From: a virus
Taxonomy: Duplodnaviria; Caudoviricetes
Reading direction: 5' to 3' (one strand)
Virus record (IMG/VR): IMGVR_UViG_3300033072_000957
Location: 17,567-81,566 of that record
Length of the DNA: 64,000 nucleotides
Shown here: positions 30,860 to 41,625 of the stretch, piece after piece
Numbering within the stretch: position 1 is the stretch's first letter
Layout of the letters: every line of letters starts with the position of its first letter
The notes under the pieces: generated by a model
The model's input: only the letters and a program-made list of their open reading frames with translations
Databases searched by the model: none
Told to the model about the DNA's origin: nothing
Position numbers and translations under genes: made by a program

Positions 30860-32692
30860 TTAATATGTAGTCGTTCCTAATGTTTTAGTTCTCACTTTTA
30901 TATCCACATTTGGAAATCTTATTTGATAGATTTGATTAGACAACATAAAGATTGTCATATCAGATTGTTGGATTTCTTTTGTGGTGTTGTCTTTATATCC
31001 TTGAGCAACTTCAGACGATGAATAATTACCGCCTATTTTGTTATAAACTCTAATATCAACAACGTTTACAACTCCCGTAACCCCACCAATTTCTTTAATT
31101 AAATCACCCACAAATAATGGGTCACCCATTTTACGTTTTTCGATTGCAAAAAATTCAATTGTTTTTTGAATAGAGCTTCTTACAATATCTGTCGGAGATT
31201 CATTTTTATTTATTATTAAGTCCATCTCCAAACTTAAATCCACAACTTCACCACTTGTAATATCAACATAATCGTTTATCATTCTATATTCAGAAAGATA
31301 ATTTAAAATATTGTTTTTCAATGTATTAGATACAGTTTCAGTTAAATTACCCGCGTCGTCATATGACAATAGTTTAATTTTAACTTTATTATCTTCTTCC
31401 ATCACATTAACCTTTGCAGGTGCACCAAATGTTGATGGCATTGTTTCAATCAAGGATTTGTAGTCATTTAATGTTACGGCTCTGTTTTGTGCCGCAAAAT
31501 TATATGCTATCATATTTCTCAATTCTTCTATTGTTGGTTGGTCCGCTCCGCCGATTGCAGGTGTAACATTTGACACTCTTAAAGATTGCTGAACTTGTGT
31601 ATTAAACGTCTCATTTGGACCGTTTATATCAAATTCAACATTATCTACACTATTAATAATATTAACCCCTAAATTTGAATCTTTACCGCCACCAATTCGA
31701 TATTTTACAAACAATGTTGTGTTTGCTTTAGGTACCGCACCTAAAGACATATTATTTAAATAACTTGCTAAATTCACTTTAAGTGAACCGTTCATATAGT
31801 TATCCAAATTATCTAATGGATTTACTGTGCCCGAACCAAATGTCACTGAAAAATAACTTTCAGGTGTATATTCTGTTACAAATTTATTATTAACACTTAC
31901 GTATGTTCCGGCTTTAAAATTATCTTTATCAGATACTGAAGTTGGGTCTGGTACAAATATTTTATCTTGTATTAAAGTTTTCACTTCATACCATTTATTT
32001 GTTGTTGATGCAAATTCTGCATTTGTTGGATTTCCCGCAAATGACGTACCCTCTTTATGTATAATACTTGTAACACCTAAAACATCTTGTTCAGGTAAAT
32101 AAATTTTTAAAAATGGTTTTTGGTCTAATTCACTAATAACTCTTCTGTAAATTCTTGTAACTCCATTTACAACTGCCTCTCGTTTTGTAATTGTATATGA
32201 TAATAAAGTATTATTATTATCAAAATTCGGGATTTTTAAACGATTAGGTTCTCCTTTACTGTTAAATGGATTTGAGAAATCAATATCCTCTAATGTTTCA
32301 AAAATTTGACCTCCTCCTGACACTTGTGCTCCTGATTTGATGATACCCAAATATCTTTCGTCTTCTTTGTCTCCTCTTACAGGTACATTGATTGAAAAAT
32401 CACATAATGCAACTGAGGGTCTATTACCTGGTATCTTAATACCATATGTTTTAGCAATATGAAATAATGATTGTCTTTGTTGTGCAAAGTCTAACATTGT
32501 TTCTTGCCAAACTCTATCAATATGAAAATGTAAGTTATCAGCAACCGCAGCATTTAAATCTAATAATACTGAAAATATAGACGCATCATTGGTGTTTTTT
32601 ACCAAATCAGGGTAATATTCTTTTGTTAAGTTTACTAATTCTTGTCTTAGTCCTGCAAAATCTCTTGTTGCGTATGATATTTTCTTACTCAT
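30860..32692 (-). CDS. Baseplate wedge subunit (T4 gp6/baseplate J-like)
   Basis: YATRDFAGLRQEL, AQQRQSLFHIAK..G, GGADQPTIEELR, QNRAVTLNDY motifs. Confidence 0.88.
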   Translation of the reverse strand: MSKKISYATRDFAGLRQELVNLTKEYYPDLVKNTNDASIFSVLLDLNAAVADNLHFHIDRVWQETMLDFAQQRQSLFHIAKTYGIKIPGNRPSVALCDFSINVPVRGDKEDERYLGIIKSGAQVSGGGQIFETLEDIDFSNPFNSKGEPNRLKIPNFDNNNTLLSYTITKREAVVNGVTRIYRRVISELDQKPFLKIYLPEQDVLGVTSIIHKEGTSFAGNPTNAEFASTTNKWYEVKTLIQDKIFVPDPTSVSDKDNFKAGTYVSVNNKFVTEYTPESYFSVTFGSGTVNPLDNLDNYMNGSLKVNLASYLNNMSLGAVPKANTTLFVKYRIGGGKDSNLGVNIINSVDNVEFDINGPNETFNTQVQQSLRVSNVTPAIGGADQPTIEELRNMIAYNFAAQNRAVTLNDYKSLIETMPSTFGAPAKVNVMEEDNKVKIKLLSYDDAGNLTETVSNTLKNNILNYLSEYRMINDYVDITSGEVVDLSLEMDLIINKNESPTDIVRSSIQKTIEFFAIEKRKMGDPLFVGDLIKEIGGVTGVVNVVDIRVYNKIGGNYSSSEVAQGYKDNTTKEIQQSDMTIFMLSNQIYQIRFPNVDIKVRTKTLGTTTY

Positions 32693-32693
32693 C

Positions 32694-33146
32694 TTAAATG
32701 TTTAATATTATAAAGTCCGAAGATGAAAATGCTCCGTTATTAACTGTATATTCAATTTTTACTTTGGCGGTATGTGGTTTTGTTGATTCATCTGAAACTC
32801 TAAATAAACGAGTATCTTCATCTGTTGAAAATGTTCTAACATTATCAGGGTCGTCTTCTGCAGATATCACTTCTAGTTTTGTAATATCTAAATTTGGAAT
32901 ATATTTTTTTACCACCTCTCTAACTTCTTCTTCAATAAGTCCAAATGTCACCATATCATTTTGTTCAAAAATGAATTGGTATAATCTAGTTCCAAAATCA
33001 GGTAAAAAATACCTACTACCTTTTTTAGTTAATAAAAGGTGTACTAGATTGGCTCTAACCTCTCTTTCGGGTGATGTCGTCATCTTTAAAAAATGACCTT
33101 CATTACTGTCTCTAAATGGAAAATCTATTCCGTATTTTACCGCCAT
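32694..33146 (-). CDS. Baseplate wedge gp25-like protein (start corrected to MAVKYG at 33146)
   Basis: LLLTKKGSRYFLPDFGTRL...FE gp25/GPW motif; TATTTATT motif just upstream of 33146. Confidence 0.85.
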   Translation of the reverse strand: MAVKYGIDFPFRDSNEGHFLKMTTSPEREVRANLVHLLLTKKGSRYFLPDFGTRLYQFIFEQNDMVTFGLIEEEVREVVKKYIPNLDITKLEVISAEDDPDNVRTFSTDEDTRLFRVSDESTKPHTAKVKIEYTVNNGAFSSSDFIILNI

Positions 33147-33183
33147 ATCAATAAATATAAAGAATACTAAATTGGTAATAAAT

Positions 33184-33209
33184 AAAAAACCCAACCGAAG
33201 TTGGGTTTT
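33184..33209 (-). terminator. Intrinsic terminator after nrdA with C(UUCG)G tetraloop
   Basis: AAAACCCAAC-TTCG-GTTGGGTTTT then T-run; symmetric so may be bidirectional. Confidence 0.9.
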
Positions 33210-33216
33210 AGTATTG

Positions 33217-33300
33217 TGTCTTGATATTCACCCCCGATATTCTCGAGACCTGGATGCTCAAGGTACGCCTTGACGACAGTATCTTTGAGGGAGTCATCCA
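33217..33300 (-). ncRNA. Candidate structured RNA in nrdA 3' UTR
   Basis: GC-rich island; TGGATG/CATCCA stem, TCAAGG-CGTA-CCTTGA hairpin, possible ACTCCC/GGGGGT pseudoknot. Confidence 0.35.
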
Positions 33301-33306
33301 TTATTT

Positions 33307-35739
33307 TTATGAACCACAACCTTCGCACTCAAATGGTGAATCGGTTGGTCTTTCATTTGTCATAACAACTTCAGGTGTTTCTTCACTAATCAACGAATTT
33401 GTTGTTGGTGTAGATAACGTAGCTGTTGGTTGTGGTTGTTCAATTGGTTTTACGGTAGATGTGTCAATACCTAATCCTTTAATTGCGTCTACCGCTGAAC
33501 GAGTTCTCAAATAATACATTCCCGTTTTTAGACCTAATTTCCAACCAAATAAATGTGCCGCCAATAACTTAGGTTTGGTGGCGTTATCAATAAATAAGTT
33601 TAATGATTGTGATTGGTCAATGAAAACACTTCTGTTTGCTGCCATTTGAAGAATTCTCTTTTGTGACATTTCCCAAACTGTTTTATAAACTTCTTTCATT
33701 TCAGTTGGGATTTCAGGAATGTTTTGGACTGATCCATTTTCCATAATCAATTTATTCTTAATTGTTTCATTCCACAAACCGAGCTTTAATAGTTCACTAA
33801 CTAAGTGTTTATTAATTACAATAAATTCACCACCTAATGTTCTACGAGAATATAAGTTAGTTGTAAATGGTTCGAACGCTTCGTTATTACCCAAAATTTG
33901 TGCTGTAGATGCTGTTGGCATTGGTGCAACTAATAATGAGTTTCTAACACCAAAAGATTTAATTTCCTTTCTTAAAGATTTCCAATCCCAACGACCTGAT
34001 AAATCTTTATCAGTTTTACCCCACATTTCATATTGGAAAATTCCCTTTTCAATTGGTGATCCTACAATTGTTTCATATGCCCCGTGTTCTTTGGCCAAAT
34101 CTTTAGAAGATGTCATTGCCGCAAAATATATCGTTTCAAATATATCTGTTTGTAATGTATCTGCTTCTTCAGATTCAAATGGTAAACCTAATATACAAAA
34201 TACATCCGCTAAACCTTGAACACCTAAACCAACAGGTCTATGTCTAAAGTTTGAACGTTTTGTTTCTTCAGTCGGATAGAAATTTAAATCAATTACATTA
34301 TTCAAATTTTTCACAACTTGATATGTGTATTCATATAATAGTTCGTGATTAAATTCACCATTTAGAATATATTTTGGTAATGCTATAGATGCCAAATTAC
34401 AAACCGCTTGTTCGGTTGGTGAACTATACTCAATGATTTCAGTACATAAATTTGATGATTTAATTGTACCTAAATTCTTTTGATTTGATTTATAATTCGC
34501 AGGGTCTTTATATAACATATAAGGGGTACCCGTTTCAATTTGTGCTGTTAAAATTGCATCCATTAATTTTCTTGCCTTCATCACCTTTCTAGCCTTACCA
34601 CTTTTTTCGTATGATTCGTATAATTTAGTAAATGCCTTATCTTCAGGTGTGTCATAAGCATCTGATAAACCAGGTGCTTCATCAGGTGAAAATAATGACC
34701 AATCACCATCAGATTCTACTCGTTGCATAAATAAGTCGGGAGTCCACATTGCCAAGAACAAATCACGTGCTCTTAATTCTTCTTTACCGTGATTTTTTCT
34801 CAAATCAATAAATTCCATTACATCAGAATGCCAAGGTTCAAGATAGATTGCAAAAGAACCTTTTCTTTTTCCTCCTTGGTTAATCCAACGAGCAACTTCA
34901 TTGTATGTTTTTAACATTGGTAATAAACCGTCAGATTCACCACCAGTTCCCTTAATATAAGAACCTTTAGCTCTAACATCGTGTACGTGTAAACCAATAC
35001 CACCGGCCCATTTAGAAATCTTTGCAACATCTCCAATTGTATCAAATAAACCATCAATATCGTCACCTTTATTTCCAATTAAGAAACAAGAAGACATTTG
35101 TGGTCTACGAGTTCCTGCATTAAATAATGTTGGTGTTGCGTGAGTGTAAAAATGTTGTGACAAATCATCATAAATTCTAAGTGCCATTTCTAAATCACCT
35201 TTACAAATACCAACAGCAACTCTCATATACATATACTGTGGTCTTTCAACTACACGAGTACCTATTTTTAAAAGATATGAACGCTCTAATGTTTTAAATC
35301 CAAAATAATCAAAATCCAAATCACGTTCTTGATGAATTGCACCATCCAAAGCTTCTTTATTATCCATTACGAATTGATAAACATCATCATCAATTAATGA
35401 TGATTCTTTTCCCGTTCTTGGTTCGGTGAATGAATGTAACTCTTTAATACATTGTGAAAATTTCTTGTGTGTCACTTTATGTAATAAAGAAACCGATAAT
35501 CTACCAGCTAATTTAGCATAATCGGGATGTGTTGTTGTCATAGATGCTGCAGTTTCTGCTGCTAACACATCTAATTCTGTTGTTGAAATTCCATCATAAA
35601 TTCCTTGAGTAACTTTCAAAGTAACATATGTTGGGTCAATATATTCTAAATTTAAATCACTACAAAAAACACTAATTCTACGTGTGATTTTATCATATCT
35701 CATTTCCTCTAAGGAACCATCTCTTTTTTTTACTTTCAT
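33307..35739 (-). CDS. nrdA: Ribonucleotide reductase class Ia alpha subunit with ATP cone
   Basis: MKVKKRDG ATP cone, HATPTLFNAG, SSCF, SNLCTE, APMPTAS, KTGMYYLR, C-terminal CEGC. Confidence 0.97.
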   Translation of the reverse strand: MKVKKRDGSLEEMRYDKITRRISVFCSDLNLEYIDPTYVTLKVTQGIYDGISTTELDVLAAETAASMTTTHPDYAKLAGRLSVSLLHKVTHKKFSQCIKELHSFTEPRTGKESSLIDDDVYQFVMDNKEALDGAIHQERDLDFDYFGFKTLERSYLLKIGTRVVERPQYMYMRVAVGICKGDLEMALRIYDDLSQHFYTHATPTLFNAGTRRPQMSSCFLIGNKGDDIDGLFDTIGDVAKISKWAGGIGLHVHDVRAKGSYIKGTGGESDGLLPMLKTYNEVARWINQGGKRKGSFAIYLEPWHSDVMEFIDLRKNHGKEELRARDLFLAMWTPDLFMQRVESDGDWSLFSPDEAPGLSDAYDTPEDKAFTKLYESYEKSGKARKVMKARKLMDAILTAQIETGTPYMLYKDPANYKSNQKNLGTIKSSNLCTEIIEYSSPTEQAVCNLASIALPKYILNGEFNHELLYEYTYQVVKNLNNVIDLNFYPTEETKRSNFRHRPVGLGVQGLADVFCILGLPFESEEADTLQTDIFETIYFAAMTSSKDLAKEHGAYETIVGSPIEKGIFQYEMWGKTDKDLSGRWDWKSLRKEIKSFGVRNSLLVAPMPTASTAQILGNNEAFEPFTTNLYSRRTLGGEFIVINKHLVSELLKLGLWNETIKNKLIMENGSVQNIPEIPTEMKEVYKTVWEMSQKRILQMAANRSVFIDQSQSLNLFIDNATKPKLLAAHLFGWKLGLKTGMYYLRTRSAVDAIKGLGIDTSTVKPIEQPQPTATLSTPTTNSLISEETPEVVMTNERPTDSPFECEGCGS

Positions 35740-35753
35740 TTTTACTATCTATT

Positions 35754-36731
35754 TTAAAAATCTACGTCACCAAAAGCCGAATCTAAATCTTCTGATGTTG
35801 ATGTGTTATTAACTCCCGCTTTTTGATATTCGGCAACTCTTTTCTCAAAGAAATTTGTTTTACCTTGTAAGGCGATATTTTGCATAAAATCAAACGGATT
35901 TTCTGAATTGTAAACCTTAGAACAACCAAGTGCAACTAATAATCTATCAGTTACAAATTCAAGATATTGACTCATTAAATCAGAATTCATACCAATTAAT
36001 CTAACAGGTAACGCTTCAAGAATAAATTCTTTTTCGATTTCTAATGCTCCACAAATGATGTCTTTGATTTTCTTTTCACTTAATTTATTCTCAATATGAT
36101 GATTGAATAAATGACAAGCAAAATCACAGTGCATCCCTTCATCTCTTGAAATCAATTCATTAGAAAACGTTAAACCCGGCATTAACCCTCTTTTCTTTAA
36201 CCAGAATATTGAACAGAAAGAACCTGAGAAGAAAATACCTTCTACGGCCGCAAATGCAATTAATCTTTCTACAAACGTACCCTTTTCAATATATCTTAAA
36301 GCCCATTCTGCTTTCTTTTTAATTGCAGGAACGGTATCAATTGCATTGAATAATTTATGTTGTTCTTCTTTATCTTTAATATATGTGTCAATTAATAATG
36401 AATACGTTTCACTATGAATATTTTCCATCATAATTTGGAATCCATAAAACATTTTCGCTTCGGTGTATTGAACCGCATTTACAAAGTTCATTGCAATGTT
36501 TTCATTAACAATTCCATCTGATGCTGCAAAAAATGCTAAAACGTGTTTAACAAAATGTTGTTCGTCCGCGTTTAATTTGTTTTCCCAATCTGAAATATCT
36601 TGGGCCAAATCAATTTCTTCTGCGGTCCAAAAACACGCTTCTTGTTGTTTATATAGTTTCCACAAATCGTGATGTTCGATTGGGAAAAGGACAAAACGTC
36701 CGGGATTGTCTTGTAAAATCTTCTCGGTCAT
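35754..36731 (-). CDS. nrdB: Ribonucleotide reductase class I beta subunit
   Basis: [40 protein letters not shown]. Confidence 0.97.
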   Translation of the reverse strand: MTEKILQDNPGRFVLFPIEHHDLWKLYKQQEACFWTAEEIDLAQDISDWENKLNADEQHFVKHVLAFFAASDGIVNENIAMNFVNAVQYTEAKMFYGFQIMMENIHSETYSLLIDTYIKDKEEQHKLFNAIDTVPAIKKKAEWALRYIEKGTFVERLIAFAAVEGIFFSGSFCSIFWLKKRGLMPGLTFSNELISRDEGMHCDFACHLFNHHIENKLSEKKIKDIICGALEIEKEFILEALPVRLIGMNSDLMSQYLEFVTDRLLVALGCSKVYNSENPFDFMQNIALQGKTNFFEKRVAEYQKAGVNNTSTSEDLDSAFGDVDF

Positions 36732-36743
36732 AATTTAATTTTT

Positions 36744-38120
36744 TTAGTTTCTGTTTGCTACTTGTTGTCTTCTTTGGAATGCTTCCGCCGCTCTGTTTAC
36801 ATTATCTTTCACCTTTTGTTCTTCGTGACCTAATAATGTATTTTGTGTGTCAGTATCTATTACAAGATACTCATTGTTGAATTTACAATTTGACCAAATA
36901 ACTCCGTCTTTACCAATACGTGATTTAACTAAAGTTAATGTCGCCAAATTATGTTCTTTTTGTTCTAATGTTTTACCAATAGATAATATAACGTGTGCAA
37001 TTTGTGCTTTCTTAATTGAACCGCCCATTTGGTCGCCTGTTACAACTTCGGATGAAATTGATTCACGATTACCTTGTGTTGCTGTCCAAATTGCAATATC
37101 AAATTCACTAGTCATTGATTCCAAACTTCTCATTACATTACCTTCACCTTTCCATTCTTCACCATTGATGTTTCTTTCAGATGAAATACAATCTACGTAA
37201 TCGATTACGAGTAAATCTACTCTAAATCCATCGGCTTGCATTTTTCTTAATCTAGATTTTATTTCTGATATTGTGATGTTATCAGACGGAAACTTTAATA
37301 ATTTTAAAGCTCCTCCTGACCTTTCTTCGGCTTCTTTGATTTTCTCTTTAACCTCATCACTATTTTCAGGTTGGTCATCGGGTGCAATACCTGACCATAT
37401 CGTATAGTGTTTTCTTTTTATGTTACCAACGTTGTCTTCAAAAAATATTTGGACAACATTTAACCCCATATTATATGCTGTGTTAGAGAATTTGGTTAAT
37501 AAAGTTGTTTTACCTGTACCAGTCGGTGCTAAAACAACTCCTAACTCACCTCTAGCCAAACCACCGTTTAACAATTTATCTACTCCAACAATACCTGTTG
37601 GTATTGGGTGTCTGTGGTCTTTCTCTAATGCCCCATCAATATCGTGAAATACGTCTACAATTTCATCATTCTGAATACCAACTTGTAATGCCTTTTGAAT
37701 GATTTGTTCAATTTTTGCATATTCTTGGAATTCACCATTTTCAATAATGTTGTGAACTTGCTTTAACTCTCTCTTAAGATTTTGTTGTTTGCAAAAATTC
37801 ATTGCAACATCCTTTACATATGCAACATCTTTTTCGTCATTCTTAATTGCCTCAAGTGTGTCAATATGAATTCTGGAAGATTCCTTTTTGGAATTTTCAG
37901 CCATTATTTTTTGAGTTATTGTATGATAGTCAGGTATTTTTTCATAATCCTTATAGTATTCCTTAATATTTTCCATAAGAAATCTAAATGAGTTATTCTC
38001 AAAATACTTGCTTTCTAATACGTCAATAATAGTTTCTCCGTATTTTCTATCCTCAATAATTGCTTTAATAAGTGACTGCTGAAATGAAAATCCTAAATGT
38101 CCAAAATTCCTTTCTTCCAT
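36744..38120 (-). CDS. dnaB: Replicative helicase (DnaB/gp41-like)
   Basis: VLAPTGTGKTT Walker A, LLVIDYVD, WTATQGNR, KSRIG. Confidence 0.9.
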   Translation of the reverse strand: MEERNFGHLGFSFQQSLIKAIIEDRKYGETIIDVLESKYFENNSFRFLMENIKEYYKDYEKIPDYHTITQKIMAENSKKESSRIHIDTLEAIKNDEKDVAYVKDVAMNFCKQQNLKRELKQVHNIIENGEFQEYAKIEQIIQKALQVGIQNDEIVDVFHDIDGALEKDHRHPIPTGIVGVDKLLNGGLARGELGVVLAPTGTGKTTLLTKFSNTAYNMGLNVVQIFFEDNVGNIKRKHYTIWSGIAPDDQPENSDEVKEKIKEAEERSGGALKLLKFPSDNITISEIKSRLRKMQADGFRVDLLVIDYVDCISSERNINGEEWKGEGNVMRSLESMTSEFDIAIWTATQGNRESISSEVVTGDQMGGSIKKAQIAHVILSIGKTLEQKEHNLATLTLVKSRIGKDGVIWSNCKFNNEYLVIDTDTQNTLLGHEEQKVKDNVNRAAEAFQRRQQVANRN

Positions 38121-38148
38121 AATAAATTAGTATATATAAGTTTTAAAA

Positions 38149-38595
38149 TTATAGTTCGTATTGAAGATATGTTGTTTCCAAATCGTAAGATGATAAAATG
38201 TCAGTTAAATCTGACAAAATTCTCTTAAGTTTTGGACGAATATCCACCGTGTATCTAACCTTTGGGTGGTAGTAATATGCGGGGAATATTCTTTGAATAA
38301 ATACGTCGTCGCCGAGCTTAATTTCCAATAAAAAATGCTCTCTATCCTTCTCATTTGAATCTTCCACATAGTCAGAAGATAGGAAATAATTTTGATTTTC
38401 ACACAGATAATCGGAACTTTTTATTTTTAAATCTTCACTAATTTCTTCACAAATATTTTTTACATAATAGTGAAGATCCATTGACCTTTTAGCCGCATCA
38501 TTGTGCTCTCTAACATTGAAGAAACGTTGGCAAATAATGTTTCCTTCAAGGGTTAACAAAAACTCAAATTTTGTGATGTTGTCTTGATTACTCAT
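38149..38595 (-). CDS. Hypothetical protein
   Basis: 148-aa ORF in replication operon. Confidence 0.75.
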   Translation of the reverse strand: MSNQDNITKFEFLLTLEGNIICQRFFNVREHNDAAKRSMDLHYYVKNICEEISEDLKIKSSDYLCENQNYFLSSDYVEDSNEKDREHFLLEIKLGDDVFIQRIFPAYYYHPKVRYTVDIRPKLKRILSDLTDILSSYDLETTYLQYEL

Positions 38596-39607
38596 ACGTT
38601 TTAATTTTAATTGTTTTTTTATTTTTTTCTTTTCTTGTTAATCGTAAAAATGGATTAATGAATTTTATCCACGCATCATCTGATTTTGGTAACATCGTGA
38701 ATAATCCGTCTTCATTCATCATTTTCATTGCGTTTTTATATGACCGTCCTTCTTGGTCTAATTTTTCATTAATTAATAAATCAATATATTCTTTTGCTTC
38801 GTCAGTTAAAAATGGTTCATCTAAACTCACAATTCGACGATTTATATCAAAAAACTCTTCGCCAAAAACACCGTGTTTTGTTACACCTGTTAGTAGATTT
38901 CGAACCATCCAATTATTTTTATCTTCCTCGAATAATGCATTACCTTTTTGTAACACATCATCTAAAGAGTATTTTACAGTTTTCATATCGGGAAATAAGG
39001 TAAGTAACCTTTTAATACCCATATTTTTAATACCTGAAATGTTATCTGATGGGTCACCACATAACATTTTAATAATTTTGACGTTTTCAATTAAAACTTC
39101 TTGGTGGTCATAAACGATAGTATCATTTACGCTATAAAGTTTTTGATGCGAAGGATTATATATTTGAGTATTTTCACTCACTAATTGGGTTAAGTCGCCG
39201 TCTGATGAAAATATAATCTTCTTTTCGTTTGGAGAATTTTGAACGTAGTATGCAATACTATCGTCCGTTTCGCAGAATTCAAATTCACCTTGTCTGACGT
39301 ATAACTCCTCAAGATATTGTTTTATTCTACCTCTTTGGTAGATGTAGGAACTAATCTCTTCTTCACTTTTAATTCGTTGTCTTCTATTTTCTTTATATAA
39401 ATGATAGATTTTTTTTCTCGATTGAGAACCATTTTCTCCATCCCAAAAAACAACTATTTTATCTAAATGATGTACCTCAAATAATCTCCTAAGAGTATTA
39501 AGGAAATGATAGATTCCTCCAATGTGAGTACCTTTATGAAAGGCATTCTTGACACCATAAAAACCAATCGTGAGTAAGTTATCTCCGTCAACAAGTAAAA
39601 CCGACAT
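38588..39607 (-). CDS. 5'-3' exonuclease / flap endonuclease (T4 RNase H, PolA N-terminus-like)
   Basis: LLVDGDN, FWDG, ETDD, SSDGDL, GDPSDNISGIKNMG. Confidence 0.92.
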   Translation of the reverse strand: MSVLLVDGDNLLTIGFYGVKNAFHKGTHIGGIYHFLNTLRRLFEVHHLDKIVVFWDGENGSQSRKKIYHLYKENRRQRIKSEEEISSYIYQRGRIKQYLEELYVRQGEFEFCETDDSIAYYVQNSPNEKKIIFSSDGDLTQLVSENTQIYNPSHQKLYSVNDTIVYDHQEVLIENVKIIKMLCGDPSDNISGIKNMGIKRLLTLFPDMKTVKYSLDDVLQKGNALFEEDKNNWMVRNLLTGVTKHGVFGEEFFDINRRIVSLDEPFLTDEAKEYIDLLINEKLDQEGRSYKNAMKMMNEDGLFTMLPKSDDAWIKFINPFLRLTRKEKNKKTIKIKTYE

Positions 39608-39617
39608 TTAAAAAAAT

Positions 39618-40607
39618 TTATTCATCATCATCTGATGAGATTTCTGTTTTGAATCCAAGTTCAACAATATCAGATACTTGTTCACCAAATAATTTACTGA
39701 TATAGTCTAAATTGTTTTTTGCATATTCTTGAATTGATAGTTTCTCTTCCGCAGTTTCTTTTGCCTTCATAAAACCGTGTGGAGTTACCATAATTCTTCC
39801 ATCTGAGAATCCTAAACCATTTACGTGGTTTTTCATAATTGAGATTTTAGTTCTGCTAGCAAAATTTACATCTCTCTTATTACGGGTAATTTTAATCTTT
39901 GTAGTTCCCGCACCTTTTTGGTTACCAAATAAAAATACTAATGTTGAGTTTAACCAAATGGCTTCTCCACCTTTTGCTTTAATTTTTGGTTGTCCAAATG
40001 GATTATCAGGTAACTCAACCCAAGGTTGGTTTACAATAATTAAACTGTTTGTATTTTTCTTATCTGTTCTTCTTGAACCTGAGATACGTTGATTGATACC
40101 CATACCAATTTTATCTGCTAAAACAGACGCATTGTGTTGTTTACCACCTTTACCTTCGTAAGTCATTTTACAAGGAACTGAACCTACCGAATCCCATAAG
40201 AATAACAAATCAGGGAAATTATCGTCTTTTTCTTGTGCGTCTAATAATTCATTGATGTAATCTGTGATTTGTTCAATGTATTCAAAGTCGCTATTAAAAA
40301 GATAATCACCTTCTCTATCAAATCCCATTAATTCTGCGTGTTCCCAATTCCATTTTTGTTCTGTAATAATGAATACAGGAACGATGCCTTTCTTTTGTGC
40401 ATCAACCGCAGCTTTAACAAGTGCGGTCGTTTTACCTGTATCACTATGTCCTAAGAACATATTAATATGCCCAATTGCCGGACCTGGAATTCCTGTTGCA
40501 TCTAAAAAAGCATCCCCCAAATCTAAAAAACGGTCTGGTTTATATTCCGCCTCTTTAGAGAATTTCTTTTTTATTGCATCAAAGCTATTTTTCTTAATAC
40601 CTGCCAT
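39618..40607 (-). CDS. recA: RecA/UvsX-like recombinase
   Basis: GHSDTGKTT Walker A, LWDSVG, IIVNQ, KGGEAI. Confidence 0.82.
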   Translation of the reverse strand: MAGIKKNSFDAIKKKFSKEAEYKPDRFLDLGDAFLDATGIPGPAIGHINMFLGHSDTGKTTALVKAAVDAQKKGIVPVFIITEQKWNWEHAELMGFDREGDYLFNSDFEYIEQITDYINELLDAQEKDDNFPDLLFLWDSVGSVPCKMTYEGKGGKQHNASVLADKIGMGINQRISGSRRTDKKNTNSLIIVNQPWVELPDNPFGQPKIKAKGGEAIWLNSTLVFLFGNQKGAGTTKIKITRNKRDVNFASRTKISIMKNHVNGLGFSDGRIMVTPHGFMKAKETAEEKLSIQEYAKNNLDYISKLFGEQVSDIVELGFKTEISSDDDE

Positions 40608-40620
40608 AATGTTTTTTTTT

Positions 40621-40664
40621 AAAAATGGGAAACTCCGACATCAAATTAACGATATCGAAGTCCC
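40621..40664 (-). terminator. Hairpin/terminator between ssb and recA
   Basis: Minus strand ACTTCGATATC/GATGTCGGAGT 11-bp stem (two G.U) extended by GGG/CCC, followed by ATTTTT. Confidence 0.6.
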
Positions 40665-40676
40665 CTTTAGTTTTAT

Positions 40677-41519
40677 TTAGAATGGTAAATCTCCATCTAC
40701 ATCATCATCTTCTTGTGGGTCTACCACAGGTGTTGATGGTTTTGGTGCTGAAATTGTTTCTTCTTGTTGTGAATTAGAAACCCACTTGTTGCTTGTTGAA
40801 TCCCAACGTGGAACTTCACCTTTTGCAACCATTTCTAAGTAGTCTTCACCTTTCTTAGAATAAACATCTGACCAAACTAATTCATCGTCAATCCAAGTTT
40901 TAGCAACATTGGCATCTGTATGTAATGCACCCGCATCTTCAGGAATTACTGAATTAATTGTTGTGTATTCTTTACCTGTTCCTGCTTTAGTTAAAGCTAA
41001 AGATAAGATAAGGTCACGACCTGTTTCAGGATTGGTGATATCACCTTTATTACGGAAAATTGGAAAAATTTTATCCAAAACACCGTCGCCTTTTGCGTTG
41101 TGTTTAAATCTCCAAAATTTAGGACCATCTTGTTCGTGATCACGGTCAATTACTTTAACGATATAAAATTTACGAGAACGATACTGACGTGCTAATTCTT
41201 TATCAGATTCAACACCTGTCATCATTAATCCTTCATAAACTTCATTTAATGGGGAACGTTTCCCTTCTTGCTTAGGGTCATATAATTTAACCCATTTACC
41301 ATCCACTTGAACTTCGTGGAAATAAACTTCTTTAAATGGTGAAGAACCATCAGAAGTTGGGAGAATACGAATTCTTCTTTCTTCTCCTTTTGAACCTTTA
41401 GGAAGTACTGTTGTGAAATACTTCTTCATTCTATCCTCTTGGGATACTCTGTTGCTGTTGCCACTTGTGGCGTTTTTGTTTTTCTCGTACTGTGCAAGTA
41501 CTGCGTCGAATGTAGACAT
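40677..41519 (-). CDS. ssb: Single-stranded DNA-binding protein (gp32-like)
   Basis: RRIRILP, VYFH, FYIVKVIDR, GRDL; acidic tail DDDVDGDLPF. Confidence 0.85.
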   Translation of the reverse strand: MSTFDAVLAQYEKNKNATSGNSNRVSQEDRMKKYFTTVLPKGSKGEERRIRILPTSDGSSPFKEVYFHEVQVDGKWVKLYDPKQEGKRSPLNEVYEGLMMTGVESDKELARQYRSRKFYIVKVIDRDHEQDGPKFWRFKHNAKGDGVLDKIFPIFRNKGDITNPETGRDLILSLALTKAGTGKEYTTINSVIPEDAGALHTDANVAKTWIDDELVWSDVYSKKGEDYLEMVAKGEVPRWDSTSNKWVSNSQQEETISAPKPSTPVVDPQEDDDVDGDLPF

Positions 41520-41563
41520 AATAATTAAAATTTAAATAAAAAATGTTATAGTAAAATATAGAT

Positions 41564-41590
41564 AAAAAAACCCGGATTTGGAAATCCGGG
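41564..41590 (-). terminator. Intrinsic terminator
   Basis: CCCGGATT-TCCA-AATCCGGG followed by 7 T on minus strand. Confidence 0.85.
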
Positions 41591-41625
41591 CTAAAGTTTT
41601 TTAAAAGTTTTTTTTTGGTGTTAAA

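Noticed and set aside
33217-33300. HDV-like/theta, twister, pistol or hammerhead ribozyme assignment
   Set aside because: The pseudoknot order is HDV-like, but the P3/L3 core and catalytic J4/2 do not fit, and other cores are absent; kept only as an unclassified candidate
33307-38120. Inteins or introns in nrdA, nrdB or the helicase
   Set aside because: Protein lengths and motif spacing are normal; no splice-junction motifs
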